Below are positions 11,101-19,184 of a stretch of DNA of 64,000 bases, one piece after another. How positions within the stretch are numbered: position 1 is the first letter of the stretch; the number at the start of each line of letters is the position of its first letter. The stretch covers positions 480,001 through 544,000 of the forward strand of contig OY760505.1 in the NCBI GenBank assembly GCA_963663545.1. Direction: 5' to 3'. The notes under the pieces were generated by a model, which saw only the letters and a program-made list of their open reading frames with translations, did not search any database and was not told the origin of the DNA. This DNA comes from Candidatus Delongbacteria bacterium (GTDB lineage Bacteria; CAIWAD01). A program made the position numbers and the translations under genes.

Positions 11101-11212
11101 GCGTTTCCTTTTTCGTGATTGAGAAATAAGTCTGCACCCCCATCAGCGCAAGCATGACCAGCAGAATGGCCGTCACCGTGCGCTTTCGCAGGCTGAACTC
11201 GGTGAGATTCAT
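8132..11212 (-). CDS. RND efflux transporter permease (AcrB/AcrD/AcrF family)
   Basis: ~1026 aa from ATG 11212 (AAGGAGG RBS). GASPERVE, GILVDNSIV and RLRPIILTTATT motifs. Confidence 0.95.
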   Translation of the reverse strand: MNLTEFSLRKRTVTAILLVMLALMGVQTYFSITKKETPEFIIRTAAITTLFPGASPERVEELITDPLEKKIQEISTLDYVSSESSAGISTVYVNIKASEDNLRPIWDELRRKVEAVSGSLPAGVIGPIVNDDFGDVYGLLYCLTGEGYDLVELKHYADQIRDELLRLPHVAKVEIYGSQEERVYLEYDPARLARYNLTSGQLRQILAAHNILMPGGRVDIGLEQVLIEPTGNLESVQALRELSFTLPGGDGVIQLGDIANVSRRTVDPASSGLHFSGEPALGMGISMSDGGNIIELGDIVHARLDELKQSLPLGLHMHPVYQESEVVRGVVDNFVINLLQSIAIVFGVMLLWLGRRTGLIVGTLIPMTVLMSIAAMPVFGITINMVSLAALMIALGILVDNSIVMSESILVQMEQGVPVEDAALAASRQLGFPLLTSSLSIISAFLPISLAESNVGEFCLDLFRVIALALVCSWLLSQTMIPLLCVRFLKPSKSTKSGLEGLTRWYGDTLRVLLQHRVTTLLVILGLFVGGNYLGRFVPKTFFPHDEVSVFHAKIDLPKGSPYIRTLAMNNELEAFMRDSLLVAEGRETGITHWAAFIGGGMPRYKLSADATPPGEEQIRYLFDATSYKAAEEAIQRITNFIDHHFADVDRVVEGLPMGVPVSTPIEVRISGPDAEQLFALSAEVQSLLASTPGSQQISDDWGRRVKKLVVDVDAYRAQRAGITHQDVALALQGTLSGLTISEYREGEDRLPIVLRSEAAEDLSIGRLETLPISSQSRGISVPLRQVADLVPHWDYSRIPRRDRMKTLTVGSHLEAGLTPTEFLTRFGPRLAEHAKQWPLGYRYELGGEEESSKEAQDSIFEKLPIALMLIVFLLVLQFNNLRGPAIILLTLPLSMIGVNVGLFVLRGDMGFLAILGVISLFGILINNGNVLLDRIRIEIDENGMEPVEGIIAAGRGRLRPIILTTATTVGGLVPLCLGGGPLWESMAITIMFGLLFATVLTLIFVPILYSLFYRVPTPSGTQPRP

Positions 11213-11222
11213 ACCGGCCTCC

Positions 11223-12308
11223 TTACTGCAGTCGCACGCGCAGGCCGTCGTGGACCTGGCTGACACCGGCTGTTACCACCACATCGCCCTCGCTCAGGCC
11301 ATCCAGTACCTGAAGGCCATGCTCACCCAGGCTGCCCACCTCAACCGTGACACGCCGTGCCACGGCCAGGCTGTCACCGATTTCCTGTAACACGTAGACA
11401 TAGCGACCGTCTTGATCCTCGCCCACAGCGTAGGCGTTGACCCACAGACTGCCGACTTCGCTACCTGCCTCCAGGCTGACTTCGGCCGCCATGCCGGAAC
11501 GGGCTCCCTTGGGCCATTCCGTAAGGTCGAGTGTCACGGGATAGGTAGCACCAACGCCCACGGAAGCGGTTCCTGTCTCACGCACAACGGCCAGGATTTC
11601 ACTTCGACCCAGAGCAGGCAAATCCACCAGCGCACTCTGACCGACCACCACGTCGGCGATCATCGACTCAGGAACATGTATCACCACCTCCATGGCGTCC
11701 TGTGAGACAAGCTCAATGACAGGATCCCCGGGTGACACATTCTCGCTTTCCTCTACCATCAGCTTGGCTACAGTAGCACGATACGGTGCCCGAAGAATGG
11801 TGTAATCAAGCTGCCGTCGAGCCAGCTCCATCTGGCTGCGAGCCTGTGTCACACCCGCAATGGCAGATTCCGCCTGCGCTCGTGCGCCGTCCAGATCCTG
11901 TCGGGACGCATTTCCTGAGGCATAGAGCTGCTGCGTGCGGTGCCAGGTCTGACTGGCGCTGCGCTCCATCGCCTCGGCTCGTGTAGACGCAGCACTGGCC
12001 TGCTCGTATTGCAGGCTTGCATCTTCGTCTTCAAGGCGAATCAGCTCCTGGCCAACCAGCACTTGCTGGCCGACGCGTACCAACACATCCTTGACCACGC
12101 CACCTGTGCGGAAGGAGACCTTGCTCTCATTGCCAGCCTGAATCGAGCCGTTGTAAACACGCTCTCCGCCGTGGGCGGCGCGTGTCACCTGTTCGTGTCT
12201 CACCAGCGGTGGCAAAGACTGAGTGTCCATACTCTCCTTTGCGCAACCCGCCAGCAGAACCAATGCTGCCAGTAGGGCCAATGTCTGTCGATGTATCACG
12301 TGTTTCAT
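11223..12308 (-). CDS. RND efflux membrane fusion (periplasmic adaptor) lipoprotein
   Basis: LAGC lipobox, biotinyl-like VGQQVLVGQELIRL, LRAPYRATV and GLSEGDVVVTAG. Confidence 0.93.
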   Translation of the reverse strand: MKHVIHRQTLALLAALVLLAGCAKESMDTQSLPPLVRHEQVTRAAHGGERVYNGSIQAGNESKVSFRTGGVVKDVLVRVGQQVLVGQELIRLEDEDASLQYEQASAASTRAEAMERSASQTWHRTQQLYASGNASRQDLDGARAQAESAIAGVTQARSQMELARRQLDYTILRAPYRATVAKLMVEESENVSPGDPVIELVSQDAMEVVIHVPESMIADVVVGQSALVDLPALGRSEILAVVRETGTASVGVGATYPVTLDLTEWPKGARSGMAAEVSLEAGSEVGSLWVNAYAVGEDQDGRYVYVLQEIGDSLAVARRVTVEVGSLGEHGLQVLDGLSEGDVVVTAGVSQVHDGLRVRLQ

Positions 12309-14713
12309 TTTGTTTCTCCTTCACTACTGCGCATTGCCTCATTGTAGCGGGCAAGGCGAGCTGCGGCTTCTTCCTGATCCAACAGCAAGCTGAAGCTTCC
12401 CGTCAACCGTTCAACACCCAGCACGTTGGCCAGAAAGGTGTAAATGGCCAGATCTGCAGCCTCCTGTGCCGATCGATCCGCGTTCTGCGCGTCGATCAGA
12501 TCCAGTACGCCAACGGCTCCCTGTGCGTAGGCGCGTACAATGGCTTCACGCGCAGCGCTTGTCTCACGGGCAGCGCGTTCGGCATGGCTGATGTTGCGCC
12601 AGGCGGCTGCGGTCTCCTGAAACTGCCCGCGTAGTGCGGATTCCAGTTTCTGCGCTGCAAAAGCCTTTGTCACACGCGACTGCTGCAGTTCATAGCGCGA
12701 AGTGCGCATCTCGGCCAGCGAACTTCCACCTGTAAACAGCGGCAGACTGGCACCGACGCCCACCTGCCAGTTCTCATCCGGGGCTTCGCTAATCAGCGCC
12801 GAAACGAGCGGAGCGAACTCGGCGGGTACACTGGAAGCATCAAAGCCCTCACTTCCGGCACCGGAGCGGTCATGAATCCAATTGTACTGTGCCTCAACGC
12901 CAATGACGGGTACGAAGAACTTCAGCCGGCTCGACAACAGCGCACGCTCGCGCAGTGCGACTACTTCGTCCAACTGCTTAAGCGCTGGTGCATGCGCCAG
13001 GCAATCGGCCACTAGCATATCCTCGATCTGCTGGAAGCGCGCGGGATTGTCCACCGCCAGCGCCAGCGGTGCGTAACGGCGCACCAGACTGTCCGCGGGA
13101 ACAAGGCCATCGCTCAATTCCAGGCTCTCATCCAGGGGCAGGTTGAGTTGCCGAGACAGCTCTAGACGTGTTTTGGCAGCACGCGCCTTGGCCGTAACCA
13201 ATTCCTGTCGCGTCTGGGCCAGCTGCGCCTCCCAGCGGTGCAGTTCGGCGGTGCCCGCTCCTCCCGCAGACTCGCGCAGGCGAGCCAGGTCGCGATACTC
13301 GCGGCTGCGATCCAGATGCTCGCTTAACACGCGTACCTGCACCTCGGTCATCAGGACTTGCAGATAGGCCAGGCCCGCAGCCAGTTCGGCATCAAGAGTC
13401 TGATCCGCAAGCCCTAGTTCGCGTGATACAGCCAGGCGTTTCTGAATGCTCAGATTAGCCCAGGCACCTTCAGCAAACACCGTCTGTTTAACACTGAAGT
13501 GGCTGGACAAGGTCTGCTCCGCAGTCTGTCCCATACTGGCGGAAGCACGATCCTCATCGATGCGCGCCAGGCTGCTACCCACCTCCAGTTCGGGCAGGAG
13601 CAGTGCACGCGCTTGTGTCACATCGCCGCGCGCTGCATCCACTTCTAGGCGATGGCCCTCCAATTCCAGCCCCTGAGAACCGGCGAGTTGCATGCTCTGA
13701 CGCAGATCCAGTTTGTGAGTGCCGCCCTTGCCGCCCTCAAGCAGAACCGCTTCGTCCAGCAGATCCCAGCCGGGACTGAAGTGCACTGTGGCCGCGACAC
13801 GCTGGTTCAATACCGGACGGCGGCGCTGCTCCACGTTTACTTCCACGCTCATCGCCATTCCTAGCTGGCTATCTTCAAGCAGATTCTGCACGCGCAAGGC
13901 AAGCATGCGCGAGACTTCACGCTTTACCTGCTGCAGAGAAAACCCGAGCATCGCGCCAGCGAGGACTTCCTGTTCACCCATTCCGGTAGCTGTTTTTACA
14001 CCGCGCAGACTCAGGCGCGCGTAGAGCTCCTTGCGCTGCAACAGGCTCATCTGTGTATACCAGGGCACATACACCAAGTCGCAGTCTGCGGGGATGGACT
14101 GCATCACGGTGGCAACATCCACTGGTGAAGGCAGCAGTGTGACCCGCAATGGATCACGCCCATCTTCACTTGTTGCCTTGGCGATCTCCCTCAGCAGAGC
14201 CTGCTGACGAACAAGGCCAGTCTCGTCCTGCCAAACCGGCAGTACAACGGCGGCGTGTGATACATGCAGCGCATCACGCATCAGCATCAGATCCACTGCA
14301 GTTGGATCGGGAGCGCCACCGCAATCAACGCCCTTGTGACACAAACCAAGACTCAGCTTCTGGGTCGTGTTGCTCAAACCCGCCTCAGCGGCACGCAGGA
14401 CTTCTGCTCCCAGAAAGACAGCCAGGTCAGCGGGATTGGCATCAAGCAGGCTGTCCAGGCGCGCGTTCAGCGGGTAAGGCGCGCAGGCCGTTCCTGGCAG
14501 TTCCAGGGTTGTAACACGCGGTGCCGGCTGGCCGTCGTAGAGAGCCAGTATCTCCTGGCGCAACTCGGGACGCAGATCCAAGGTTGTTTCGGCGGCATCA
14601 CTAAGTAGCAGGATTCGGGGTGATTCAGGCGTGTTCTGAGCGAAAAGGGGTACTGCGAGCACTGCACCCAGCAGCAGCGTCAACAGCCCGGAAGGTACTC
14701 TAGGCATTTGCAC
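12305..14713 (-). CDS. TolC-family outer membrane channel with ~330-aa N-terminal extension (ABC substrate-binding-like)
   Basis: C-terminal ~470 aa shows OEP repeats (SLPLFTGG, YAQGAVGVLDLIDAQ). N-terminal extra domain with VLAGAMLG resembles ABC_sub_bind. Start GTG 14713 or ATG 14707. Confidence 0.85.
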   Translation of the reverse strand: MQMPRVPSGLLTLLLGAVLAVPLFAQNTPESPRILLLSDAAETTLDLRPELRQEILALYDGQPAPRVTTLELPGTACAPYPLNARLDSLLDANPADLAVFLGAEVLRAAEAGLSNTTQKLSLGLCHKGVDCGGAPDPTAVDLMLMRDALHVSHAAVVLPVWQDETGLVRQQALLREIAKATSEDGRDPLRVTLLPSPVDVATVMQSIPADCDLVYVPWYTQMSLLQRKELYARLSLRGVKTATGMGEQEVLAGAMLGFSLQQVKREVSRMLALRVQNLLEDSQLGMAMSVEVNVEQRRRPVLNQRVAATVHFSPGWDLLDEAVLLEGGKGGTHKLDLRQSMQLAGSQGLELEGHRLEVDAARGDVTQARALLLPELEVGSSLARIDEDRASASMGQTAEQTLSSHFSVKQTVFAEGAWANLSIQKRLAVSRELGLADQTLDAELAAGLAYLQVLMTEVQVRVLSEHLDRSREYRDLARLRESAGGAGTAELHRWEAQLAQTRQELVTAKARAAKTRLELSRQLNLPLDESLELSDGLVPADSLVRRYAPLALAVDNPARFQQIEDMLVADCLAHAPALKQLDEVVALRERALLSSRLKFFVPVIGVEAQYNWIHDRSGAGSEGFDASSVPAEFAPLVSALISEAPDENWQVGVGASLPLFTGGSSLAEMRTSRYELQQSRVTKAFAAQKLESALRGQFQETAAAWRNISHAERAARETSAAREAIVRAYAQGAVGVLDLIDAQNADRSAQEAADLAIYTFLANVLGVERLTGSFSLLLDQEEAAARLARYNEAMRSSEGETK

Positions 14714-14993
14714 TCTCCCTGTTGAGGGATACTTCCACTAGACAGTCACGTTCTAGAATACCGTAATTCTTCATGCGAGTCGCGATCTCCTGCCCAAATA
14801 CTGAGGGCAATTCAGCTTCTTCCGACCAGTCCAGAGCCAGCACCAGATCCCAGTCAGCGGCCATGCGACGGAATACCCTCATGGACTTCAAGCCCCTGAC
14901 TCCCGCAGCGAGGGCACCAATCTGGCGCAGCTCCTGCACCAAATCAGCACTCATGGCCGTTCGTAGACGAATCAGCATACATTCCAATCGCAT
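14700..14993 (-). CDS. Small hypothetical protein (97 aa), first gene of the RND operon
   Basis: ATG 14993 with CAGGAG RBS, downstream of the sigma54 promoter, stop overlapping the tolC start. The track's GTG 15017 would lie upstream of the predicted TSS. Confidence 0.65.
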   Translation of the reverse strand: MRLECMLIRLRTAMSADLVQELRQIGALAAGVRGLKSMRVFRRMAADWDLVLALDWSEEAELPSVFGQEIATRMKNYGILERDCLVEVSLNRESANA

Positions 14994-15019
14994 GGTCGCT
15001 CCTGAAAGACCGGCCACAT

Positions 15020-15035
15020 AGCAAAGCTAGGGCCA
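15020..15035 (-). promoter_or_regulatory. sigma54 (-24/-12) promoter of the RND operon
   Basis: Minus strand reads TGGCCCTAGCTTTGCT (GG-N10-GC). A divergent bEBP gene is adjacent. Confidence 0.8.
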
Positions 15036-15089
15036 GTTAGATATCTCCTTTGTTTTCAGCGTGATAACCCAAAGGCGGGTAAACCTATC

Positions 15090-15152
15090 GCGATATTTCG
15101 CAATTCCGCCTCAGCCTACTGGCGATATTTCGCTCTCATCGCGATATTTCGC
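15090..15152. promoter_or_regulatory. Three identical palindromic sites GCGATATTTCGC (putative bEBP upstream activating sequences)
   Basis: Exact copies at 15090-15101, 15122-15133 and 15141-15152, between the sigma54 promoter and the bEBP start. Confidence 0.75.
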
Positions 15153-15154
15153 GC

Positions 15155-16699
15155 ATGAACAATGCAGAATTCTTTCGCGATGTGACCCTGCGAATTGCGG
15201 GCGATCTTGAAATCGCACCGGCCATGCACTCGGTGTTTGCCTACCTGCGCTCCCTGTTACCGCTGGACACCCTGCGCTTGATTTTTGTGGATGAGGAAAA
15301 CGACCGGCTTTCGATCATAGCACGCGTGGATCACAAGGGCGTCAATGCGCCTGAGGATCATGATTTGGGCACGCTCTCGCCTGAATTCGTCGCCTGGATT
15401 GAAAAGAAGATGTATCACATGCTCGATAAGCAGTGTGAGTGTGTGAACTACCCCTACCCGGATCCCGACCTCTCGCAGCTCATCTCACGTATGCCGGGCA
15501 TCTCCGATCTGGATGGGCACAGCCTGATGGTAGTCAATCTTCGCCTGCAGGAGCGCGATCTGGGGAAGCTGATCTTCTCGTCCGTCAAACCGCAGGCCTA
15601 CACGAACGAGCATCTTGATCTCGTACGCCAGCTCAACGACCCTTTCGCCCTCGCGCTGACCAACGCGCTGCGCTACCGCGAGCTGGAGCGACTGCATCGG
15701 CGTCTGCAGGACGACAACCGGCAGATCCAACTCGAACTGGCGCAGCGTACCGGTGACCAGGTCGTTGGCTCTGATTTCGGCCTGCGTGGCGTGATGCAAC
15801 TCGTACGACAAGTGGCCCCCTTGTCCAGCCCTGTGTTGCTGCTGGGTGAGACCGGCACAGGAAAGGAAGTGATTGCACAGACGATCCATCAGTTCAGCGA
15901 CCGGCGCGAAGGGCCGCTGGTGCGCGTGCAGTGCGGGGCCATCCCCGACAGCCTGCTGGACAGTGAGCTTTTCGGCCACGAGGCGGGGGCCTTTACCGGC
16001 GCCATCAGCACTCAGCGTGGCCGCTTCGAGCGCGCGCACGGCGGTACGATCTTCCTGGATGAAATCGGTGAGCTGACGTTGCCGGCGCAGGTCAAGCTCT
16101 TGCGCATCCTGCAGGAGAAGGAGTTCGAGCGCCTGGGGTCGGCTGAAACACGCAAGGTCGATGTTCGCGTCATCGCAGCCACGCATCGCGATCTGCCCGC
16201 ACTTGTACGCGCCGGACAGTTCCGTGAGGATCTGTGGTTTCGCCTCAACGTCTTCCCCATACTGCTGCCACCCTTGCGTGAGCGCATCGAGGACTTGCCG
16301 GTTCTTGTGCAACACTTCATTCGTCGCAAAGGCCAGGAAATGGGTCTCAGTACTCTGCCCCTTCTTCGTGCTGAAGATCTTGAACTCTTGCGTAGCTACA
16401 ATTGGCCGGGCAATGTGCGCGAGCTGCAAAACATCATTGAACGCTCTCTGATACTGGGAGGAGGTCGCGAACTGGCACTGCCCCCCTTGCGGCTGCGCGA
16501 GTCGCCGTCTACCGGCGATGTCACACAGGAACAGAAGTGGCCTGACTTGGACAGCGTGATACGTCGACATATTCGTGATACACTGAACAGGTGTCACGGC
16601 CGCATCAGTGGAAAAGAGGGTGCTGCGAGTGTGCTGGGAGTGAACGCCAGCACACTGCGTTCGCGCATGAAAAAGCTGGGGATTGCTTCACCGCACTAA
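15155..16699 (+). CDS. sigma54-dependent enhancer-binding regulator (GAF-AAA+-Fis HTH; FhlA/NifA-like)
   Basis: GETGTGKE Walker A, ELFGHEAGAFTGA, FLDEIGE, WPGNVRELQN and C-terminal HTH. Confidence 0.96.
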   Translation: MNNAEFFRDVTLRIAGDLEIAPAMHSVFAYLRSLLPLDTLRLIFVDEENDRLSIIARVDHKGVNAPEDHDLGTLSPEFVAWIEKKMYHMLDKQCECVNYPYPDPDLSQLISRMPGISDLDGHSLMVVNLRLQERDLGKLIFSSVKPQAYTNEHLDLVRQLNDPFALALTNALRYRELERLHRRLQDDNRQIQLELAQRTGDQVVGSDFGLRGVMQLVRQVAPLSSPVLLLGETGTGKEVIAQTIHQFSDRREGPLVRVQCGAIPDSLLDSELFGHEAGAFTGAISTQRGRFERAHGGTIFLDEIGELTLPAQVKLLRILQEKEFERLGSAETRKVDVRVIAATHRDLPALVRAGQFREDLWFRLNVFPILLPPLRERIEDLPVLVQHFIRRKGQEMGLSTLPLLRAEDLELLRSYNWPGNVRELQNIIERSLILGGGRELALPPLRLRESPSTGDVTQEQKWPDLDSVIRRHIRDTLNRCHGRISGKEGAASVLGVNASTLRSRMKKLGIASPH

Positions 16700-16833
16700 T
16701 CGAACTTGGGGCTTAAAGCACCTGACAGCAGCTCGCTACTCTTCTCATTCGAAGCTCAGGTTTGATCTGCTCACGAGGAGTGAATTGATGTGTCACGTAC
16801 TGCTGATCCAATTGCTGAAAATGTGTCCGCTCA

Positions 16834-17277
16834 CTAGACTCCGCTTCGAAGAGTATCAGCCCTCATCGTGGCCAGCGACCCGACCACCAGATCGACTCCA
16901 GGGCAAGTTTGAGAACGCTCCGGAATCCATGTATCTCCACTGCGCGGCGCAGGAAGCACTTCACGTGTTACACCGCTATGGGACCCGGCCGCCCCGAAGC
17001 CAAGCACAACACCAAGCAGTAGCGTCGCCACCATGCCTGCAACCCGGCGCGGCAACCTGGTGCGCATGCTGGTTCGCGCTCGCGGGAGTACGGGTACAGC
17101 CAAGGGGGGCAACCCCAGACCGAAATCTGCGATCCCGGCCACTTCCTGCTGAACCTGTGTAACACGGGTGGCACATGTCTCACAGCGCTCAAGGTGGGCG
17201 TGACACGCTTCCCCTTCGGCTTCGCTTAGCGTATCCAGGCAGAAGGCCAGAATTTGATCTTCGCTCAGATGTTCCAT
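16834..17277 (-). CDS. Zinc-finger (ZAS/zf-HC2) membrane anti-sigma factor
   Basis: HLERCETC (HxxxCxxC) motif and one TM helix. Overlaps the ECF sigma gene. Confidence 0.88.
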   Translation of the reverse strand: MEHLSEDQILAFCLDTLSEAEGEACHAHLERCETCATRVTQVQQEVAGIADFGLGLPPLAVPVLPRARTSMRTRLPRRVAGMVATLLLGVVLGFGAAGSHSGVTREVLPAPRSGDTWIPERSQTCPGVDLVVGSLATMRADTLRSGV

Positions 17278-17816
17278 GGATGCAGTCCTTCTTTTCGCAA
17301 GCGCTCGCGTATGCTTTGAACGGCGTGATACAGACGGGACTTGACGGTTCCCGGAGGAATGGATAGCTGCTCCGCCGTTTCTTCAACGGATAGGCCAGCG
17401 ACAAGCCGCAGCACGATCACTTGTCGTTGGGGCTCTGGCAGCTGCTCCAGGGCCCTTCCCAGATGGTGATCGCGCTCACGGGTCAGCAAGCGCTGATCGC
17501 TTTGCTGACTTCCCGCTGGCTCAGGAAGCGGCTCCCAGTCACAGACGCGCCGATGTCGCTGGCTCTCCTTGATCGCCAATCGCCAGGCGGCTGTTGCCAG
17601 ATAGCCGCGCAGACTTTCCGTGACACACGGCGGATCACGGCGCAGAAGCCTTAGGAAACACTCCTGTGCTACATCCGCCGCCAGATCCCGTGATCCAAGA
17701 ACGGCGAAGGCGGTGCGCTGCAGCGCATCGCCATGCCGGGCTACCAGGGTGGCCCAAGCCTTCTGCTCACCCCGGCGTGCCGCGGCAAGCAAATCCCGGT
17801 CGCTCAGGGCTTCCAT
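17265..17816 (-). CDS. ECF RNA polymerase sigma factor
   Basis: AADVAQECF region 2 and LSVEETAEQLSIPPGTVKSRLYHA region 4. Confidence 0.95.
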   Translation of the reverse strand: MEALSDRDLLAAARRGEQKAWATLVARHGDALQRTAFAVLGSRDLAADVAQECFLRLLRRDPPCVTESLRGYLATAAWRLAIKESQRHRRVCDWEPLPEPAGSQQSDQRLLTRERDHHLGRALEQLPEPQRQVIVLRLVAGLSVEETAEQLSIPPGTVKSRLYHAVQSIRERLRKEGLHPWNI

Positions 17817-19021
17817 CCCTGCTCCTTGAGCCAGATATCAACTTCCGGCAGATCAGCTCCCCGTCCAAAGGCAGCGGCCAGTTGCTGCTGCACGGGAACC
17901 GGAAACTGTGGTGCCAGATGCCGGGTGAACCAATAAAAGAGCGCGCGTCTGGTATCTAAGGAAGGAACCCGCTGAGGATCAGTGGCTGTGGCCAAAGCAC
18001 TCAAGTAATTGCGCAGCATCAGGCGGTCGGCGTTCGTCGCGGACTGGTAGCGCAGGCTGTAACTGTCCATGCCCGCCGTGCGCCACTGACTGATCCAGCA
18101 GGCCGGATCAAAAATGGACTTGTGCTCTCCCGTCTGTACCAGCGTCGCCAGGCCTAGGCTTTCCCCCCGCTCCATTAGCGACTCAAGCCCGGAAGTGGGT
18201 GCAAGCGTACTGGCAAAACACACAGGACGGCCCTGAAGCTGAGCTTCCTGCAGCACGCGCTCCATCAACACTTCGCTCAAGGGCCGCGTAAGCTTCGTCT
18301 GAAGCTGCTCCAGCTCAGAAGCCGTGATACACAGGGGCAAGCCCTGGCGGATCATGTAGAGCGGGTACCAGTTCGTGTTCATCAGACTCTGGTTGATCAC
18401 CGTCAGATCCGGGCGCACATCCAGCACACGCTGCAGAATCCAGCAGGGATAAGTGTCATTGTCACCATTGGTCAGCAGCACACTACCCAGCGGCAGACAG
18501 GCCAGCATGTTGTAGCCGTAATCGAGGATCACATCGGAAATCGCACCCATGCTCAGTAGATCGGACAGCGCTTGATCGGTAGCAGCGTCATCCCCCTGCT
18601 GCATGTACATCACGCTTAGCATGAAGAGAGGATCGTCGTAGGCAGGATCCAAACGGTGCGCCAACTCCAGGTATTCCAGCGCCTGCGCCCGTGTATCACT
18701 CTGATACCGCACCGCCAGCTCAAGCCCCTGCAGATAAAGCAGCGTCGGATTGGCCGGGTACTTGCGCAGCGCTTTGGCCAGCTCCTTCTCGTACTTTTCG
18801 TCCTGGGCGTAGCGCATGGCGTAGAGTCGGTTGGCAGCCGCGTACTCAGAGGGCTGCTCGCGGTAATAATTCTGCCATTGCTGAGCCAGCTCCTGGTAGG
18901 CGCCTGGCTCCAGGCATTCACGACGCTTGCTCAGCACCTCGCGCGGTCGCAGCAGCGCATCGGCGGCCACCGCCACTCCGGCGCTGATGAGCAGAAGCAG
19001 CAAAACGGTTTTCTTCCACAT
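17804..19021 (-). CDS. Exported TPR-containing protein with DUF2723 C-terminal-like motif
   Basis: Start ATG 19021 (CAGGAG RBS, signal peptide MWKKTVLLLLLISAGVAVA). TPR-like helices and YNMLACLP..LLTNGDNDTYPCW..VRPDLTVIN motif. Confidence 0.7.
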   Translation of the reverse strand: MWKKTVLLLLLISAGVAVAADALLRPREVLSKRRECLEPGAYQELAQQWQNYYREQPSEYAAANRLYAMRYAQDEKYEKELAKALRKYPANPTLLYLQGLELAVRYQSDTRAQALEYLELAHRLDPAYDDPLFMLSVMYMQQGDDAATDQALSDLLSMGAISDVILDYGYNMLACLPLGSVLLTNGDNDTYPCWILQRVLDVRPDLTVINQSLMNTNWYPLYMIRQGLPLCITASELEQLQTKLTRPLSEVLMERVLQEAQLQGRPVCFASTLAPTSGLESLMERGESLGLATLVQTGEHKSIFDPACWISQWRTAGMDSYSLRYQSATNADRLMLRNYLSALATATDPQRVPSLDTRRALFYWFTRHLAPQFPVPVQQQLAAAFGRGADLPEVDIWLKEQGWKP

Positions 19022-19140
19022 GGCATCACTCCTGATTAGGCACGGGTCACTCCGTACTACACAGAGAATCCGCGAGGAGGGCAAAGGTTCAGCGGCGCAC
19101 GAAAAAACATCTGTGTTGCGTGGGACAAAGTAACACGAGC

Positions 19141-19168
19141 AAAGAAAAGGGCGACCCAAGGGCCGCCC
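19141..19168 (-). terminator. Rho-independent terminator
   Basis: GGGCGGCCC-tt-GGGTCGCCC hairpin plus TTTTCTTT on the minus strand after the MFS stop. Confidence 0.7.
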
Positions 19169-19184
19169 GTGTGACACATCATGA

